From the human T2T-CHM13v2.0 reference genome, Homo sapiens, in assembly GCF_009914755.1 (NCBI RefSeq), contig NC_060930.1: DNA of 64,000 nucleotides. One strand, 5' to 3'. A model generated the notes under the pieces. It did no database searches. It was not told the DNA's origin and saw nothing but the letters and a program-made list of their open reading frames with translations. Position numbers and translations under genes: made by a program. Position 1 is the first letter of the stretch; each line of letters begins with the position of its first letter. This document shows, piece by piece, positions 54,479 through 64,000 of this stretch.

Positions 54479-55322
54479 GGTCCCAAAAAGTGTGCATTAA
54501 TGTTAGCAGTAGCTATGATAGGCTGGGTGGAATGCCCATAGGTGGTGTTTGCAGGTAGGTGACAGCTAAGGTGATAGCACCCAACCTCGGTTACCCAGGA
54601 GGAGTTCTCAGGTGTCCACCGTGGTGGATTGGGTTGAGCAATTCCCAGGACCCTGGGCTGTGTTCTCTGTCTCAGTGGAAAAAGGAAATGAAGCTGTCTT
54701 TTCATCACTAAATGCTGTGCCAACTAGTCCCTTAATTTTCTTTTTGCCTGAAGGACTGAAACATTTATTATAGTTTAGATCTGCTAGTTATAACCTTTTT
54801 CACTCCCTATATAACTAAAATCTATTTTTCGATAGCTATATTCATGGTATGTTAATTGGTTAATTAGTTTGATTTAATCATTACACATGGTATACATATA
54901 TCAGTACATCACACAACATCTCATGAATGTATTATGATTTGTCAATTTAAATTATACATATATATGTTTTAGAAAGGTATTATTTTCTGGGAATAGAATC
55001 TAGTTTCACAGTATTTTCCTTTTAGGACTTTAAAGATGTTGCTCATCTGTCTTCTCATTTGCATTGTTTCCAGTGAAATAACGGCTGTCATCTTTATTAT
55101 TATTCTCATGTCTTTTTTTTTACTTTCTGCTTATTCATTTTTCTCTCCTTCTGTTTTCAACAAATACATGTTTTTTTCACCCACAGTTATAGAATGAACT
55201 TGAGCAACAATCTATAGGAATGGCTTTTTGACTGTTGGTTGAAAATTTTTAGAAACAGTTGTTTGTTCCTTGTTTTATTAGGACAAAGGCTAATTTCCTC
55301 AGAATATTCTTAAATTGAAGAA

Positions 55323-55600
55323 TGTCATAATTAATTTTATTTGTCATCTTGGCTGAACCACAGTGCCCAGATAGGTGATCAAGCATTATTCTGGATGATT
55401 TGTGAGAATGTTTCTTGGATAACATTAATGCAAAATAACTAGACTTTGAGTAAAGTAGATTGATCTCTATAATGTGGGTGGGCTTCATTCAATTCATTGA
55501 AGGTGTAAATTGAACAAAACATTGACCTTCTCTGAGCAAGATGGAACTCTGCAGCAGACAGCGCTGGGATTTGAACTGCAATATCCGTCAACTGATCTCA
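55323..55600 (+). mobile_element. MLT2-type ERVL LTR fragment
   Basis: TGTCATAATTAATTTTATTTGTCATCTTGGCTG...AATGTGGGTGGGCTTCATTCAATT. Confidence 0.7.
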
Positions 55601-55937
55601 AACAGCTGGTTGGTTTGTGTACAGCATTTGGAAGATGAATGGACAACATCCTGTTTGGAAGTCCACCGCTTTGATCGAAGAAGATAAAAACAGAACAACT
55701 CTTGTGGGCTGAATTGCAGGGTGTTTCTCAGCAGTAGTGGAAGAATTGAACAATAATAAAGCTCCTATGTTTTAGTTTTTATTGACTTACAGGCAGTGAC
55801 TAATGGCCTGGCCATATAATTAATCAGGAAAGCAAAGGAAAACTTGCTGATGAAAAGAGTGCCCAAATGAGACACAGTCCTATGGAAATCACGATGGTAA
55901 TTTGAGAGGTTCATTAATGTAAGACACGTTGATGCCT

Positions 55938-56070
55938 GATATAGAGTGGATGTTGTTCTTGCCCGAATCTCATGTTGGATGGAATCCCCAGCATTAGAGG
56001 TGGGACCTGCAGGGAGGTGATTGGATCACGGGGGCAGTTTCTCATGAATGGTTTAGCACCGTCCCCTCAG
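55938..56070 (+). mobile_element. MST LTR 5' fragment
   Basis: AATCTCATGTTG...GGGAGGTGATTGGATCACGGGGGC...TGGTTTAGCACC. Confidence 0.75.
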
Positions 56071-56617
56071 TGCCCATCAATGCCCATCAGAATAACTCCC
56101 TTCCAGGTTTGGAAGGTGATTGAAATAAACAAGCATTTATCTCCAAGTGTTTGCCAGGTGCACCTGTAATTCCAGCTATGACAACAGCTGAGGCAGAAGG
56201 ATATCTTGAGTCCAGGAGTTAGAGTTTGGCCTGAGCAGCACTTGAGTCCAGCCAGAGAAAGATATCAAGACCACATCTAAAAAAAATCCACGTTTGCTTG
56301 TGGTGATCCCCTGGGTCCATGAAATAAGTAGACACTGGGGCTGTAGCAATGCAGAGAGAGATGGAATCAAGGCATATTCCTCTTGCATTCCCCACATCAC
56401 AGGCACAAAATACATATAAGTGTTTTCTTTAACAAAAAAAAAGAGAGAGAGACAGAGATAGCATATGGCTATGTGGCAGATTCTTTTATGGGAAGATCTT
56501 GAAAATACAGAGCTGGCAAGTTACACTGATACCAGTAGCCCCAGGAAGCAGCAAATGGGTCTTGGCAGCAATAGATACGCACCCTGGAGCTGGGCATTGC
56601 TCAGCTGCTGGTAGATG

Positions 56618-57392
56618 TGTTACCAAACAGAACTGGAGTCCACTCACCAGGGGCAGTAAAAACAAACATCCATACTGAGATTTTGTAGTGAGATAAAGGA
56701 GGGCATTTATTTGTAGGGTGCCAAGCAAGGAGAATCAGCCAGCTCACAGTTAAGACCCAACCTCCTCAATGGCTCACAAGCAAGGTTTCTTAAAGATAGG
56801 GGTAAATTTCAGGAAAGCAGAGTTATAGGCAACATCATAAATCAATGCATAGAAGTTACACACTGGTTTGGCCTTAAAAGGAGGAATATCCTGATGAGGG
56901 AGCTTACAAGTCGTAGATAGAGATAAAGATTCTCTGATTTGTGATTCATAAGGAAGCAAAGCTTCCTTACACAGTTGGGGGCAGTAGAGAGGAATGTTCA
57001 GGCCTGGCCTGTGGGCTTTACTCTCTCCAGGCCCCTCAGGAAGAAATTTAGAACAAAGAACAGTGGTCAGAGTTCAGTCCTCAGTTTCCCCTTATCTGAG
57101 GTCTTCCTGTCAGTGGATCTATTAGGTGGGAATCTGAGTTTCTGAAAAACAACTCAGGGACATATATTAAGATGTTCTCTTTAGTTTCCATAGAGAATCC
57201 AACATCTTGTGACTCTAACTTCCTTGGCTATCGTTTTAAGCTATCATTACCTTCTTGTTTATAAGGTCACTCACTTACTTTTTAGGGCTGGCTAGGTGCC
57301 TGGAATTTCTTTTGAAGGAACTGAAGGTTTTTCTTTATTTCCATGTTGGGAGGCCCTGGCAGGCTTCTAAGAGAGGTCCCTGCTTTATCTCA
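56618..57392 (-). mobile_element. Solo ERV1-type LTR (family not assigned)
   Basis: TG...CA termini; TSD GATG (56614-56617 / 57393-57396). Confidence 0.78.
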
Positions 57393-58322
57393 GATGCAAA
57401 TGCTCAGAGTGCTACTAAGAGCTTGAATGGGAGGTACTGCAACCATGTGGACCACTGAGTCACATTTCTTTACACCAGAAAATGCGCTTGCTCAAAATTC
57501 CAGAAAGACATCCTTCTCAGAGGAAGAGTTCCATAAAGAATTAAAATATTCCATTGAAACATTGGTTGTATAAAGCAAGAGTGGGGAAACAAGCATGAAG
57601 GGTGGGCTTACACACCTTCATGAGTGTGCTTACACTTGATATGAAAGTATCCTCTCTTTTCCTTGTGGATCAGGGGAAGGTGCTGGTGTGATCTATATAC
57701 AATCCTTCCCAAGGTGGGAGGACACTGGAATGATGACTGTACTTTACCTCAACTTGCTTTTCTCATACCTGATGCAGTGGTCTCAGGACTAGGGATGCAA
57801 ATAAAAGTCCAGAAACAGGAATTATTCCTAAGCAAGAAACTGTAAATATATTTTGTGTCCATTATGTAATGATTCCTAAGGGTCTGGAGAAGTAGGTTGT
57901 GCCTTCAGTGCATCTGGCAAAGTTGGGGTTAACACTGAATGCAGCTGTATTGCCTGGGGTCAGCTAGCCAACCAGTTCTCTACTGCATAACCCTACCCTC
58001 TATGAACTGGAATGGATGATGCAAGACAATTGCTAGAACAGTATTGGTCCGTGCAGTCTAGGTCAGCACAGCAGCAGAACTTCATGTCCCTTCCATAACT
58101 AGAAATGTTTGGTATAAATGAAGAGAAGGAGAAATAGTAGCTGAGGGTAAATGAATGAATAAATGGGTTATGCAATGAGGAAAATCCAATGTTACATGAA
58201 CTACTCAAAAGAGATATAAGCAAGAGATGATATTGTCTCTTAACTCAATTTTACCAAATGCCTGAACGGGTGCAGCCTTATGTTGCTGAGACTACTTCTG
58301 TTTTGGGGCTGCACCGGGATAA

Positions 58323-64000
<5,678 letters not shown>

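Larger units (their letters stand above)
55600..58320 (+). mobile_element. ERVL-class (HERV16-like) pol remnant, split by MST, Alu monomer and ERV1 LTR insertions
   Basis: RNase H-like AELQ and FIDLQAVTNGLAI (about 55710-55815); integrase-like WQV...WVLAAIDT (about 56514-56580), continuing after 57393. Confidence 0.6.

Overview
Human/primate, repeat-dense genomic DNA with no intact canonical protein-coding gene. From recall rather than a search, the content matches the MHC class I region (PSORS1 interval) between POU5F1 and HLA-C: a CpG island with the HCG27-type ORF, and a HERV-K(HML3) provirus carrying a dUTPase. Most of the window is transposon: a solo LTR12C, a two-LTR ERV1 provirus, MER41A, MER4, MLT2A, HERV-K(HML3)/MER9, ERVL remnants, two L1s and about 40 Alus. 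Four gene fossils are readable in the non-repeat islands. (1) A divergent MHC class I-like heavy-chain remnant inside HCG27 (alpha2 tail, short intron, alpha3 exon, stalk exon; 7.8-8.6 kb). (2) An MCCD1 exon-2 copy. (3) A tail-to-tail, intron-containing copy of the DDX39B 3' end next to it (28.6-30.7 kb). (4) A cyclin E1-like fragment (31.05-31.14 kb). All homology calls are by eye against remembered sequences. Repeat subfamily names and most boundaries without a TSD are approximate.
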